Assembly: GCA_013239625.1 (NCBI GenBank)
Contig: MU053482.1
Location: 657,168 to 721,167 of the forward strand
Source of the DNA: Lama guanicoe
Lineage: Eukaryota
DNA: 64,000 bases
Direction of reading: 5' to 3'
The number at the start of each line of letters is the position of its first letter. The stretch's first letter is position 1. The translations under genes were made by a program, and so were the position numbers. Below, piece by piece: positions 39,005 to 51,111 of the stretch. Under the pieces are notes generated by a model that worked only from the letters and a program-made list of their open reading frames with translations, did no database searches and was not told the DNA's origin.

Positions 39005-40721
39005 AAGGCCCCACCACTCTGGCTTCTGCCTGTTTCTATGACCTCATTCATTGACACTCTCCTGTCACTCATCAGCCTTCAAACACTCTGACCTTTCTCT
39101 GTCCTGATCTCAGCAAACTTTCTCAATCCAAGCCATTGGGACGCTATGTTCTCTCTGCCTAGACCCTCCTCCCTTAGATCTCTCTTTGGTTCTTTTTAAC
39201 CTTCTGGTCACAGCACAATGTTAATTTCTCTAAGATGTAAGATGTCCTTTAACTGAAATGTCACCTTCTCAGGTCTTTCCTGACCAGCTGCCTAAATTTG
39301 CATTTCACCCTTCCTTGCCTTTATTTTCTCACAGCATTTATTACCATCACACATTATATGTTTTACTTTATTAGTTTATTCATTTTTATCACCCTCTTCT
39401 AAAACGTAAGTTCTATGGGGATAGACATTTTACACTTTGTTCATTGCTGTGTATCCAGTATCTAGAAGGACTGTCAATATACATTTAGTTAACAAATGAG
39501 TTAGGTTTTCATTGGATGGGATGAGTCAGGAGGTATGTGCAAGCCTGGCAAATGAAAGATAAAGTAATGGAATTAGTGTGTTTGTGTCATGGGACTTAGG
39601 CCAGGAGGAATGGATAACCATGGGGGAAATGGGCTGAACTGTGATGGTCCCCAGCTATATTTTCATGGCTCACAGACCCTAGAAACAGGCCAGAGGGTGG
39701 GGACTGGTAGTGTTCCCACAAACTAATGACATGTTGGGTCAATGTCATGTAATATCTGCAGTTAGACCTTGAGTTGGGGGCAGGGGGCAACAACAGTGGG
39801 TTTTCCCCTAAGCGAAGGGCAGTGTAACAGGCCAAACACTGGTCAGAAGCTGCTGGTCTGTCATTGGTGGTGCTTTTGCTCTAGTAGAAGGTTACAGCAG
39901 TAGTTAGAAAAGACTAAAGGGATCACTTTTTCCCACAGAGCAATCTCCACCTTCTAGGATTGCTTCTCTTGTGTCAGCCATTCTCTTCCACTTCCCACTG
40001 GCACAATTATATCTGCAGAAGAGAAGAGAGCCAGTAATGGTCTTTGGAGGGAAGCAGTGTGTGGCATATGCAAGCTATATCATATTTGCTGGAATATGAG
40101 AATCCTACACATTATTGTGCAGTTGAATTGGCTATAGCAGTATTTTGGAAATATACAGGAAAAAATACACAGGAAATCTACAGGAAAAAAGAGAAGAAAA
40201 CAAAATAAAAAACAAGGCTCTAGTATTAGCTTCAGGGTAAAAAATGACTGATGTTTTGTCACTGGAGATGATAGACTCTAGCATGTTGATATCAGATAGG
40301 ACTCTAAGATCTGTAGAAGACTGTAGATGATGTTAGCATCGGATGAGGCTGACAAGCAGCTGTGGAGTTTAGAACCAGAAGATAATATCCCCAGGTGAAT
40401 ATGAACTAGTGATCCAATAACTTAGTGGAAACAAGATCCTGTTTTAAAACTTTATATGATATATAAATGTAATTAATATAATATTCTTGCCTCATAATAA
40501 TGTTTTGCTATTAAGCTATAACCACAGAGAATAATCTTGAGAAAGATGTGATTGACAAACTTAAACACCCTAGATGTACAAGGGCACCTGTGTGACCCTT
40601 TCTGATGTATCAGCCTAGAGACACTTCAGAGAGAAAGCTGTTAAAGATGTTGCACCACTTGGGAATATGTTTATCCCCACAATTGTATGGCAGTATAAAG
40701 ATCGTTGCCTCCAAAGAGGCT

Positions 40722-41645
40722 CTATCTTCCAAATACTTTCCTAAATGCCTCCTTAACATCCTTGTTCCTTAGGCTATAAATGAATGGGTTCAACATAGAT
40801 GTTATGACTGAGTAGAACACAGAGATCACCTTATCCCTCTCGTTCATTTTCTTGGAATTTGGACGCATGTAGGTAAATATGGTTGAGCCATAGAAGAAGA
40901 CAACAACCATAAAATGAGAACCACAGGTAGAAAAGACCTTGAGCCTCCTCTCCCCTGCCTGTATCTGAATCACAGTGGAGATAATATTCCAGTAAGAGAA
41001 GAGGATGAGGGAGAGAGGACCAAGGAGGATCACCACACCCATAGCAAAGATGGCCATCTCAGCTTTGTAGCTTTCTTCTGAAGCCAACTTCAAGAGGGCA
41101 GGAGGTTCACAAAAATAATGATTAATTATGTTCTGGCCATGGTATGAGAGAGAGAAAGTAAATGTGGTGTCTACTAAAGACACAAATGCTCCACTGGCCC
41201 AAGATCCTATGGTCAGTTGAACACAAACCCTCTGGGTCATGAGGGTGGAGTAGTGCAGGGGCTTGCAGACCGCTACATAGCGGTCATAGGACATTACTGC
41301 TAGGAGGGAACTCTCTGTGCACCCTGCTATTAGGAAAAAAATCATCTGAATTGAGCACCTAGCAAAGGAAATGGTCTTTCTTGTTACCAGCAAATGGAAT
41401 AATATCTGGGGAACAATCGTTGTAGAGAAAAGGAGATCAGTAAATGACAGGTTTTTAAGGAAGAAGTACATTGGCGTATGAAGTCGAGAGTCAACGTGAA
41501 TTAGCACTATGATGAGCAGATTCCCAAACACAGTCAGCAGGTAGATGATGAGAAATACTACAAACAACAGGATCTGGGTCTGCTGACCTGAGGAAAATCC
41601 CAGCAAGATGAATTCAGTCAGATAGGTTTGGTTTTTTGTACCCAT
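40722..41645 (-). CDS. Olfactory receptor, family 2 subfamily D (OR2D3/2D4-like), 307 aa, intact
   Basis: Start [12 protein letters not shown] aligns with the starts of the other OR2D genes; motifs [49 protein letters not shown]. Confidence 0.93.
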   Translation of the reverse strand: MGTKNQTYLTEFILLGFSSGQQTQILLFVVFLIIYLLTVFGNLLIIVLIHVDSRLHTPMYFFLKNLSFTDLLFSTTIVPQILFHLLVTRKTISFARCSIQMIFFLIAGCTESSLLAVMSYDRYVAVCKPLHYSTLMTQRVCVQLTIGSWASGAFVSLVDTTFTFSLSYHGQNIINHYFCEPPALLKLASEESYKAEMAIFAMGVVILLGPLSLILFSYWNIISTVIQIQAGERRLKVFSTCGSHFMVVVFFYGSTIFTYMRPNSKKMNERDKVISVFYSVITSMLNPFIYSLRNKDVKEAFRKVFGR

Positions 41646-44009
41646 TGATGTGTGTTCCTGTCTACACATCCGCATCAATAGAGCAATAAAAAACTGACTG
41701 CGGTTGAGCACCAAATCCTAAGGGTGTAGATCTCATTGGAAGAATAAGTGTATTTGATTTTTAAAATTCTTGTAAATATTTGACTTGTGAATTTGTAAAA
41801 TTCCCATCCCCATATTCCTCCCGAAGCTATCTAAAAATGAGCACTAACATATTATGTGAATTTGAAAATATAAAGGGTTCTGCTTTTAGTAGAAAGCCCG
41901 GGTTTTTGTTTCTTCGTAGTTTTCAGTCAGCAGACTTACCTCTTTTATTCCATCAAGGAAGAGAACCAATAATAACCTTTTCTTTTGTGTTTCCTTATCA
42001 TCCTTCCAAGTAGGAAGGGAATTTTAAGAGACCACTTTAGATCGCGTTGTAATCCACAGTCCTGGTCCTTTCTTCATTGGATCAGAGAACCTTGGCAGTG
42101 CCCAAGATTAAGGCATGATAGGACCTCATCCTTACAGAGCAGGACAGTGGAGACCAGGCCAGACTTAGGCAGCACCGCAACCTCTGGAATTAGGGGGCGT
42201 ACCCTTTGTGGAGACCGAATGCAGCCACAACAGCTGCCTGCATAGTTGCTTATCCAGTCAGCTGGAGAGGTGCATCAGTAGGAAATCAGGCATGGTTCCA
42301 GTGGTCTGCAGTCAGGCAGGAAACACTATTCAAAGTCTATACAGTGCTGTACATCAGGAACAAGCAAGGAATAACCTGGCTGAATCCAAGCTCCTGGGGA
42401 AGGAGATTAGAGTTAGGGAAAGTAGCAGGGTCATCAGGGCTGGAGTCTGATACTCCTGGGGAGGGTTGAAGTACTAGCCCTAGAACTGCCCTTTAGACTG
42501 AGGGAGATGTCAGAGCCAAAAGCCTGTCTGGCAGGGCCATCTTGGGATAAGGGGAAGTTGTAAGGGTTTGTTCTCACATCTAACTCTCCATCTAGCTGGC
42601 AGGAGAGGACAAATGTGGTCTGATCAGTTATGACTGGACCACTGGCTCATGTGCTGCCAAGTAGGATTTGATTTGAAGACTACACATTTACAGTGAGATT
42701 TCTATTCGTAAATAGCCATCCAGATGGAAATGAACATACTATTAGGGTCCACCGAACTTGTGGGACCAGGAAGGCAGAGTCAAGGAATAATCTGAGGAAC
42801 TAGCAAAACTAAATGAGAAATTGCTTTCCTTTGGATATAATGTAAAGGGAATATGCAAGAGAATCTTTGATAAGTGCCACAACTTTAATAGCCAAAATAA
42901 TCCATTACTGATCTCATTTCCTAATGCTGTCTGATAAGCTCATTGTTTACTGTTTCATCATTGTAAGTTTCCATATGATGAACTGTGCATAATACATGTG
43001 TACAATTTGAGTTTTGAGGTATGTGTATAATATGATTTTTAAAATTAATTTATACATGATTGTTTTATAAGCCAGTCGCCCAGAAATTCTTCAGTGTAGA
43101 AACCCTATCTCAATCCATATGACTGCATTGCCCAGCATATAGTAAGTTTTTAGGAAATGTTCACTGACTGGCTGAATTAGTAAATGAATAACTGAATGCA
43201 TCCAGTAAGAACAGAACCCTCTCATACGCAATGGCACTGTCACAAATCTGCTTTTAAACTCTCCTAACCTCTAATAATCCCTATTTAAAGCATAGTACAA
43301 AGCTTGTAAGACACAGCTGATGCTGATCCAGCTTCATGTTCTCTTTGGAATGGGGAGATTCTGTGATGAACCAGGAGTAACACAAGGTGTGACCGCCTGG
43401 ACCACTGGTGTAAGTGAGAGGGCACCAGTGGAGTTGTTCCTCTTCCAGTAGAAACAGGAACAGACCTTCAGTATGCACTCCTGTTCTGTCTCATTCTTAC
43501 CCCTCAGAGGGAATATGCAATGTGGTAGCAGCCTGACAACTAGGTGCTGGGGCAGGGAGTCCCCACACACCCAACACCAGCACTCCTGAGCTCTCCCCTT
43601 CCCACCTCCCAGCCTGTGTTACAAGAAGCTCTGTCTTGTGACCTGGGTATTTTGCTGTGAGTCCAGGGGGCATCACCCAGAGAGTGTGGGGAAAGTGAAA
43701 GTACAAGAACTCTGTGGAAATGAGGATGAAAAGTCAGAGCACAGGAAGGTTCTAGTAATTGAAAAGGGGTAGCAAGTTTGAGAGACAATGGATCTTCTGA
43801 TTTCTTGGGCTTTTTAGCATACAAACTGACCCTCCCATTAAGAGCCCAGTAGTAGATTCCTAAGGCCAAGAATTCTAGAGAAGAGAGAAAAAGAAAAATC
43901 TCTTCTCCCAAATAGACTGTGGATTGTAAAAATCAGGACAGGGCCCTTCTCCTAGGATAGACTTAAGTTGTCTGTTTCTGCAGAGACTTGATTCCTTCAG
44001 CATCTTCCT

Positions 44010-44340
44010 CCTTCTTACCTGGAAACCAGGGATGAGTTTGTTCTAGAGATGGGGAACTTCGGGTGAACGGACCTGTTAGTGAGTCCAGCAGAGTGAGATC
44101 CAGAGATCCAAGCTGCAGATCCAGAGTTTGGTACTGGATCCCCATGATTCTTAGCCCTCTCCTCACAGCTGGCCATCACCTGGGCTTTTCTGTGGATTCC
44201 ATTTCAACCTCTGGCTGTATTATTGGTTAAATAGAACACTTATTTTTTAAGCACCAATAGTGAATTGAATCATTTTCTTCCACGATCTTAAAAGATGAGG
44301 TCCTGGGAGATTATGCAAATGGGATGTTCCCTAGGGTTCT
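44010..44340 (-). promoter_or_regulatory. Candidate promoter / first exon of the OR2D-like gene at 40722-41645
   Basis: Minus-strand donor CAG|GTAAGA at 44019/44018, O/E-like TCCTGGGAG next to ATTA (~44302-44313), palindromic CCCTAGGG (~44329-44336). Confidence 0.4.
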
Positions 44341-44395
44341 TTTTGGGCATAGCTCACTCTATAATCTCTACACAATGAGATGTCATGGGATCTTC

Positions 44396-45545
44396 TTTTT
44401 TTTTTCTTCGCGTGACAATTTTACTTTATTTATTTATTTATTTATAAACATTTTTTAAATTGAGTTATAGTCATTTTACAAAGTTGTGTCAAATTCCAGT
44501 GTAGAGCACAATTTTTCAGTTATACATGAACATATATATAGTCACATTTTTTTTCGATGTGAACTACCACAGGATCTTGTATATATTTCCCTGTGCTCTA
44601 CAGTATAATCTTGTTTATTCTACATTTTGAAATCCCAGTCTTTCCCCGCCCCTTGGCAACCACAAGTTTATATTCTATGTCTATGTGTCTGTTTCTGTTT
44701 TGTATTTATGGGGTTTTTTTTTAGTTTTTTTTAGATTCCACCTAGAGCGATCTCATATGATATTTTTCTTTCTCTTTCTGGCTTACTTCACTTAGAATGA
44801 CATTCTCCAGGAACATCCAAGTTGCTGCAAATAGCATTATGTTGTCAGTTTTTATGGCTGAATACTATTCCATTGTATAAATATACCATATCTTCTTTAT
44901 CCAGTGATTTGTTGATGAACATTTAAGCTGTTTCCATGTCTTGGCTATTGTAAATAGTGCTGCTATGAACATTGGGGTGCAGATGTCTTTTGGAAGTAGG
45001 GATCTTTCTGGATATATGCCCAGGAGCAGGATTCCTGGATCATATGTTAAGTCTATTCCTAGTCTTTTAAGGAATCTCCATACTGTTTTCCACAGTGGCT
45101 GCACCAAACTGCATTCCCACCAGCAGTAAAGGAGGGTTCCCTTTTCTCCACAGCCTCTCCAGCATTTGTCATTTGTGGACTTTTGAATGATGGCCATCTG
45201 ACTGGTGTGAGGTGATACCTCATTGTAGTTTTGATTTGCATTTCTCTGATAATTAGTGATATTGAGCATTTTTTCATGTGCCTATTTATCATTTGTATGT
45301 CTTCCTTGGAGAATTGCTTGTTTAGGTCTTCTGCCCATATTTGGATTGGGTTGTTTGTTTTTTTCTTGTTAAGTTGTATGAGCTGCTTATATATTCTGGA
45401 GATCAAGCCTTTGTCAGTTTCATTATTTGCAAAAATTTTTTCCCATTCCGTAGGTTGTCTTTTTGTTTTACTTATGGTTTCCTTTGCTGTGCAGAAGCTT
45501 GTAAGTGTAATTAGGCCCCATTTGTTTATTCTTGCTTTTATTTCT
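44396..45545 (-). mobile_element. Young L1 3' portion (ORF2 end, 3' UTR, tail), antisense
   Basis: Minus-strand ORF2 fragments ([27 protein letters not shown]) and a T-rich tail at 44396-44460. Confidence 0.92.
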
Positions 45546-47765
45546 AATAAAAGCTATATATGACAGACCTACAGCCAGCATAGTACTCATGGTGAAAAAC
45601 TCAAAAGCTTCCCACTAAAATCTGGGACAAGACAAGGATGCTCACTATCACCACTCCTATTCAACATAGGCTTGGAAGTCCTAGCCACAGCAATCAAGCA
45701 AGAGAGAGAAATAGAAGGGATCCAAATTGGAAAAGAAGAGGTAAAAGTGTCACTGTATGCTGATGACATGATACTATATATAGAAAACCCTAAAAGGTCC
45801 ACACAAAAACTATTAGAATTAATTGAAGAATTCAGCAAGGTATCAGGTTACAAGATTAATGTTCAAAAATCAGTTGCATTTCTTTACGCTAATGATGAAT
45901 CAACAAAAAAAGTAAAGAAACAATCCCCTTTGAAATAGCACCCAAAGTAATAAAATACCTAGGAATAAATCTAACCAAGGAGGTGAAAGGCTTATACACA
46001 GAAAACTATAAACCACTGATGAAAGAAATTAAAGAAGAGCTAAAAAAATGGAAAGATATCCCATGCTCCTGGATTGGAAGAATAAATATTGTTAAAATGG
46101 TCATACTGCCCAAGGCAATCTACAGATTGCAATCCCTATCAAATTACCTAAGACATACTTCACAGAACTAGAACAAATCATAATAAAATTTATAAGGAAC
46201 CACAAAAGACCTAGAATTGTCAAAGCATTGCTGAAGAAAAAGAAAGAGGTTGGAGGAATAACTCTCCCAGACTCTAGACAGTACTATAGAGCTACAGTCA
46301 TCAAGACAGCATGGTACTGGTACAAAAACAGACATATAGACCAATGGAACAGAATAGAGAGCCCAGAAATGAACCCACAAACTTTTGGTCAACTAATCTT
46401 TGACAAAGGAGGCAAGAATATACAATGGAGTAAAGACAGTCTCTTCAGAAAATGGTTTTGGGAAAACTGGACAGCAGCATGTAAAACAATGAAGCTAGAA
46501 CACTCCCTTACACCATACACAAAAATAAACTCAAAATGGATCAAAGACTTAAACATAAGACAAGATAAAATAAACCTCCTAGAGGAAAATATAGGCAAAA
46601 CATTATCTGACATACATCTCAAAAATTTTCTCCTAGAAGAAATAAAAGCAAGAATAAACAAATGGGACCTAATGAAACTTACAAGTTTCTGCACAGCAAA
46701 GGAAACCATAAGTAAAACAAAAAGACAACCTACGGAATGGGAAAAAATTTTTGCAAATGAAACCGACAAAGGCTTGATCTCCAGAATATATAAGCAGCTC
46801 ATACGACTCAATAAGAAAAAAGTAAACAACCCAATCCAAAAATGGGCAGAAGGCCTAAACAAGCAATTCTCCAAGGAAGACATACAAATGATCAATAAGC
46901 ACATGAAAAAATGCTCAATATCACTAATTATCAGAGAAATGCAAATCAAAACTACAATGAGGTATCACCTCACACCAGTCAGAATGCCATCATTCAAAAC
47001 TCCACAAATGACAAATGCTGGGAGGCTGTGGAGAAAAAGGAACCCTCCTACACTGCTGGTGGGAATGCAGTTTGGTGCAGCCACTATGGAAAACAGTATG
47101 GAGATTCCTTAAAAGACTAGGAATAGACTTACCATATGACCCAGGAATCCTGCTCCTGGGCATACATCCAGAAAGAACCCTACTTCAGGATGACACCTGC
47201 ACCCCAATTTCATAGCAGCACTATTTACAATAGCCAAGACATGGAAACAGCCTAAATGTCCATCAACAGATGACTGGATAAAAAAGCAGTGGTATATGTA
47301 TAGAATGGAATACTACTCAGCCATAAAAACCGACAACATAACGCCATTTGCAGCAACATGGATGCTTCTGGAAAATGTCATTCTAAGTGAAGTAAGTCAG
47401 AAAGAGAAAGAAAAATACCACATGAGATCACTTATATGTGGAATCTAAAAAACAAACAAAGCATAAATACAAAACAGAAATAGACTCACAGACATAGAAT
47501 ATAAACTTGTGGTTGCCAAGGGGGCAGAGGGTGGGAAGAGATAGACTGGGATTTCAAAATTGTAGAATAGATAAACAAGATTATACTGTATAGCACAGGG
47601 AAATATATACAAGGTCTTATGGTAGCTCACAGAAAAAAAATTGACAATGAATATGTACATGTTCATTTATAACTGAAAAATTGTGCTCTACACTGGAATT
47701 TGACACAACATTGTAAAATGATTATAAATTAAGAAAAAAAATGTAAAAACAAAAAACCAAAAAAA
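45546..47765 (+). mobile_element. Young 5'-truncated L1 (RT domain to 3' tail), ORF2 disrupted
   Basis: RT motif [10 protein letters not shown], 294-aa ORF2 fragment 46228-47112, stops/frameshifts near 45930, 46130 and 46985, A-rich tail 47730-47765. Confidence 0.93.
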
Positions 47766-47769
47766 TGTT

Positions 47770-48838
47770 CCTGATCAGGATGATTGATCCTGATCTAAGG
47801 GGAAACTGATTGCTACCATACAATGGAAGTAAGGAAGAGTATGGCAGGGATACAGGAGATCCCTTAGAGTATCTCTTACTACTGTGATTCAAGTTAGTGG
47901 AAAATTACAACAACCCGGTTCAGGGGCAGGACTTCTAATGGCCCAGGCCATTCAGGAATGAAGGTTTGGATCACCTTACCAGGCAAAGAACCATGAACAG
48001 CTAAGGTGCTTTTTGAGACCAAAGAGAAAATGGAATGGATAGTTGAAGGCAAATACTAGTTACGACAATGTGACCAGTTTCAGAAATTAAATGAGATTTG
48101 TAATGGTTTAATATTGTCAATATTTATTTTGTTATAAATATATGTGTACACATATATACATATATATGTATCATTTAACAAAAGATATATTAATGTATTA
48201 ATAAATTAACTTTATATCATAGTATTTAAGTTACAGAATATCAAAGGAGAAGAGTGAACAGCCCAGAAGACTTTGCATCTTCTGGAGAAAAGGTTAGCAT
48301 AGTTTTGGTTTTACATAGAATAGTTACATTCCATTAGGTGGAGGTATGACTTTGTTACTATCTTTATTTTGGAGGCTGTGTGGTTTAAGGAGATGTATGT
48401 GAGTGCCAAGTTGACAAAGAAGGACCATGGGGGTCAGTTTTATGTGTTCATATGGCTAGGCTTTAGTTCCTAGTTTTTCAAACACTAATCCAGGTGTTGC
48501 TGTGAAGATATTTTTGTAGATGTGATTAAAGTCCATAATCAGTTAACTTTTAGTCAAGAAGATTTTTCTAGGTAATCTGGAGGAATCTGATTCAATCAGT
48601 TGAGAGTATTTAAGAGCAGAACTGAAGCTTCCCTGAGGAAGAAGAAATTCCACCTGTGGGAAGTAGCTTCAGCTCATGCTTGAGAATTCCAGGTTAGCCT
48701 TCCTGACAGCCTGCCCTTTGAATTTTGGATTGCCTTGCCAACTCTCACAATTACATAAACCAGCTCCATGTAATAAATCTCTTAATAGTTATTTCCTACT
48801 GGCTCTAGTTTCTCTGATTGAACCCTTACTGTTACACA
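47770..48838 (+). mobile_element. ERVL internal 3' fragment plus MLT2D-like LTR (~48428-48838)
   Basis: ERVL-like text (gattgatcctga...ggaatgaaggtttggatcacc...gaatggatagttgaa), then LTR text (caaacactaatccaggtgttgctgtgaag...aataaatctc...gaacccttactgttacaca). Confidence 0.75.
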
Positions 48839-50534
48839 CAATGCAAATTTTTTCTGCAATATAGGGGGAAATTTACCAGTTTAGTCACCTGGAAAACTTC
48901 CTGCTACCCTGAGTTTTGACAGTTTATCTGTTACTTTTTCTGGCTCACTGACTGACTTCTGGGAAAACCTTCACCTATCCATCTCCTTCCATGAAATTTC
49001 TACTCAGCTACAAGTCATTCCTTCTTTCCTTTTTGAATGCTACTCTTTTGATTTTGAATAAAGTTAACAGTTATAACTGGAGTATAATATTAAACATGTA
49101 ATATTATTATAAAAATCTATGTACAGCTTTTAATTATTAATTTAAAAATCTGAGTTGAGGGAAAAGTTGTCTCTACTTTTCTGTATGTTTTAAACATTGA
49201 AAAGTAAAATATTTTAAATGTTAAAGTAAAAAAAAATTTAAAACAAACATAATAAAAGAAAAACACACTGTTGTAGAGACAATAACTCCCTTGGAAAGCC
49301 AATTCATCAAGTAAAATAGAAGTTAGGACACAGTGGATTTATATAACAAATGATCTAAAGACTATATAGACAAATTTTAAATCAGGTGGTCCAAACCAGA
49401 AAAAAATGTCAGGTTATAAATATAGATGATAGTTGGGGTTATAATAACAAATAACACTAGGGCTGCTTAACTGAAATTGAAAAGCATTTTTAGAATAAAA
49501 ACGAATCTTGTGAAATTTTTAAAAAGCATCAATCGCCTAATAGTGATTTAATAAAGGTTTTCAAACAGAAATAGATATAGCATAACATTGCCATTTTTTG
49601 ATGTAAAGACTAGAAAATTCTAACATTGGAGTAAGAAATTATATGATTTAAGATAAGGCATCTTACATTATTTTTAGTGTTTATGTGAAGGCCATGGCCC
49701 ATAACACTATTTTTTGACTAAAGAAAAATGGTACATATTATTAGGAATTATACAGTGGTTATGCCAAAAGGACTGAAGGGTAGGAGAAAGTAACAGGTTT
49801 GTGTAAGTTGGAAACTACCACAGTTTGTAAAATATATCTATTTAAAGCAATCTCATATGACCTTATATAAAAGCTTCATACAAAATGAGAAGACCATGCA
49901 GTTAAAATGTAAATAAAGTCAAAACAAAGCAAATGTGGTGTACAAATAAATAACCCAATTAAGACTTACAAAATGTGGTTTCCAAGGGCGTTAGGGTAGA
50001 ACAGTATGCCTGTCATCCTTAAACTCTTGGCAAACGTCCATAGTTCATTAATTCACTCATCCAGTATTGCTGAGCCAGATAGAATCTCTCTCCTATCATT
50101 TTATAATGGCTGAATGAAAATGTGTACTACTTCTGAGGATATAGGCCCACCATTCCAAAATCAAAAGAAAAACAAATGAGAAGAGAGATGTTCTGGGAAA
50201 CTTGGGAAGGTCCTACACATCAGGCCAAGTAACAGCTAAGCAAAAGCACTTCTGTGGCCTCTTGTCAAGGCCAATGCTTGCTTTACCTGAAAAGAAGGGG
50301 GGTTTTAATGAATTGCCACTGGTTTCTCTTAGAGTCCCCAACTATAACATCCCCAAAATTATATACGTAGAAGTTCCAGTAAAGAAAGAGAACTAAAGCA
50401 TGAAATTATATATTTTATAGATAGAGTTTATCTCAGTTTGCAGTTTATTGGAACATCTACATTTATATATATTTCATATCATAAAATTATATATTACATT
50501 ACATAATTTATATTATAAAATGGTTCAACATATT

Positions 50535-50592
50535 ATATATGTATGTGTGTGTGTATATGTGTATGTGTATGTGTGTATATATATATATATAT
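50535..50592 (+). repeat. Compound (TG)n/(TA)n microsatellite
   Basis: Seen directly. Confidence 0.85.
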
Positions 50593-51111
50593 GAAATCTT
50601 GTTTTCTCTCTGCCATGACAAGGTTTGTATGCTCTCTATCTTACACTGTTTCTATTGGAGCCTGAGAGATGTTTGTCTCTCATATTTTCCTAAAGTTTAA
50701 AAAGAATTAAAGTGAGATATCATTCAGGTCAGTTGATTATAAAAGGAACCAGTCCCCTAAGCTCCTAGGAAGCAATAAACAGTTAATGAAATTAACTACA
50801 GCACAAAGATAGGGCTTTTAAAACAAAACAAAACAAATTCAAAATGGAAAAAATATTACCAATAGAACTTTGAAAACATTATTTCTAAATGTGAGTATAA
50901 AAATAAAATTATTTTATAACTATTTTACTAATACATGTCTCTTAGAGTTATGATCATTTCACACATTGTCTTATAAAAGGAAGCATTTAATTAAGACCTG
51001 AAAGAAAAGGGGATTTCCTTTGATATCTGGCTCCTTATCCCTTAATTATTGTGCTAAATCAGTATGTTTATAATCGCAAATGATGAAAAAAGAAGGAATA
51101 GCTCAGTCTCT

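Larger units (their letters stand above)
34130..39500 (+). mobile_element. Fragmented L2 (3' region) hosting the L1 pair, ERV1 and MLT1C
   Basis: Colinear L2-like pieces at ~34130-34228, 34590-34797, 38518-38578 and 39005-39500, ending in an L2 3'-end-like segment. Confidence 0.6.

Noticed and set aside
46228..47112. 294-aa ORF as a host gene or active L1
   Set aside because: It is an L1 ORF2 C-terminal fragment in a 5'-truncated element with frameshifts and stops on both sides.
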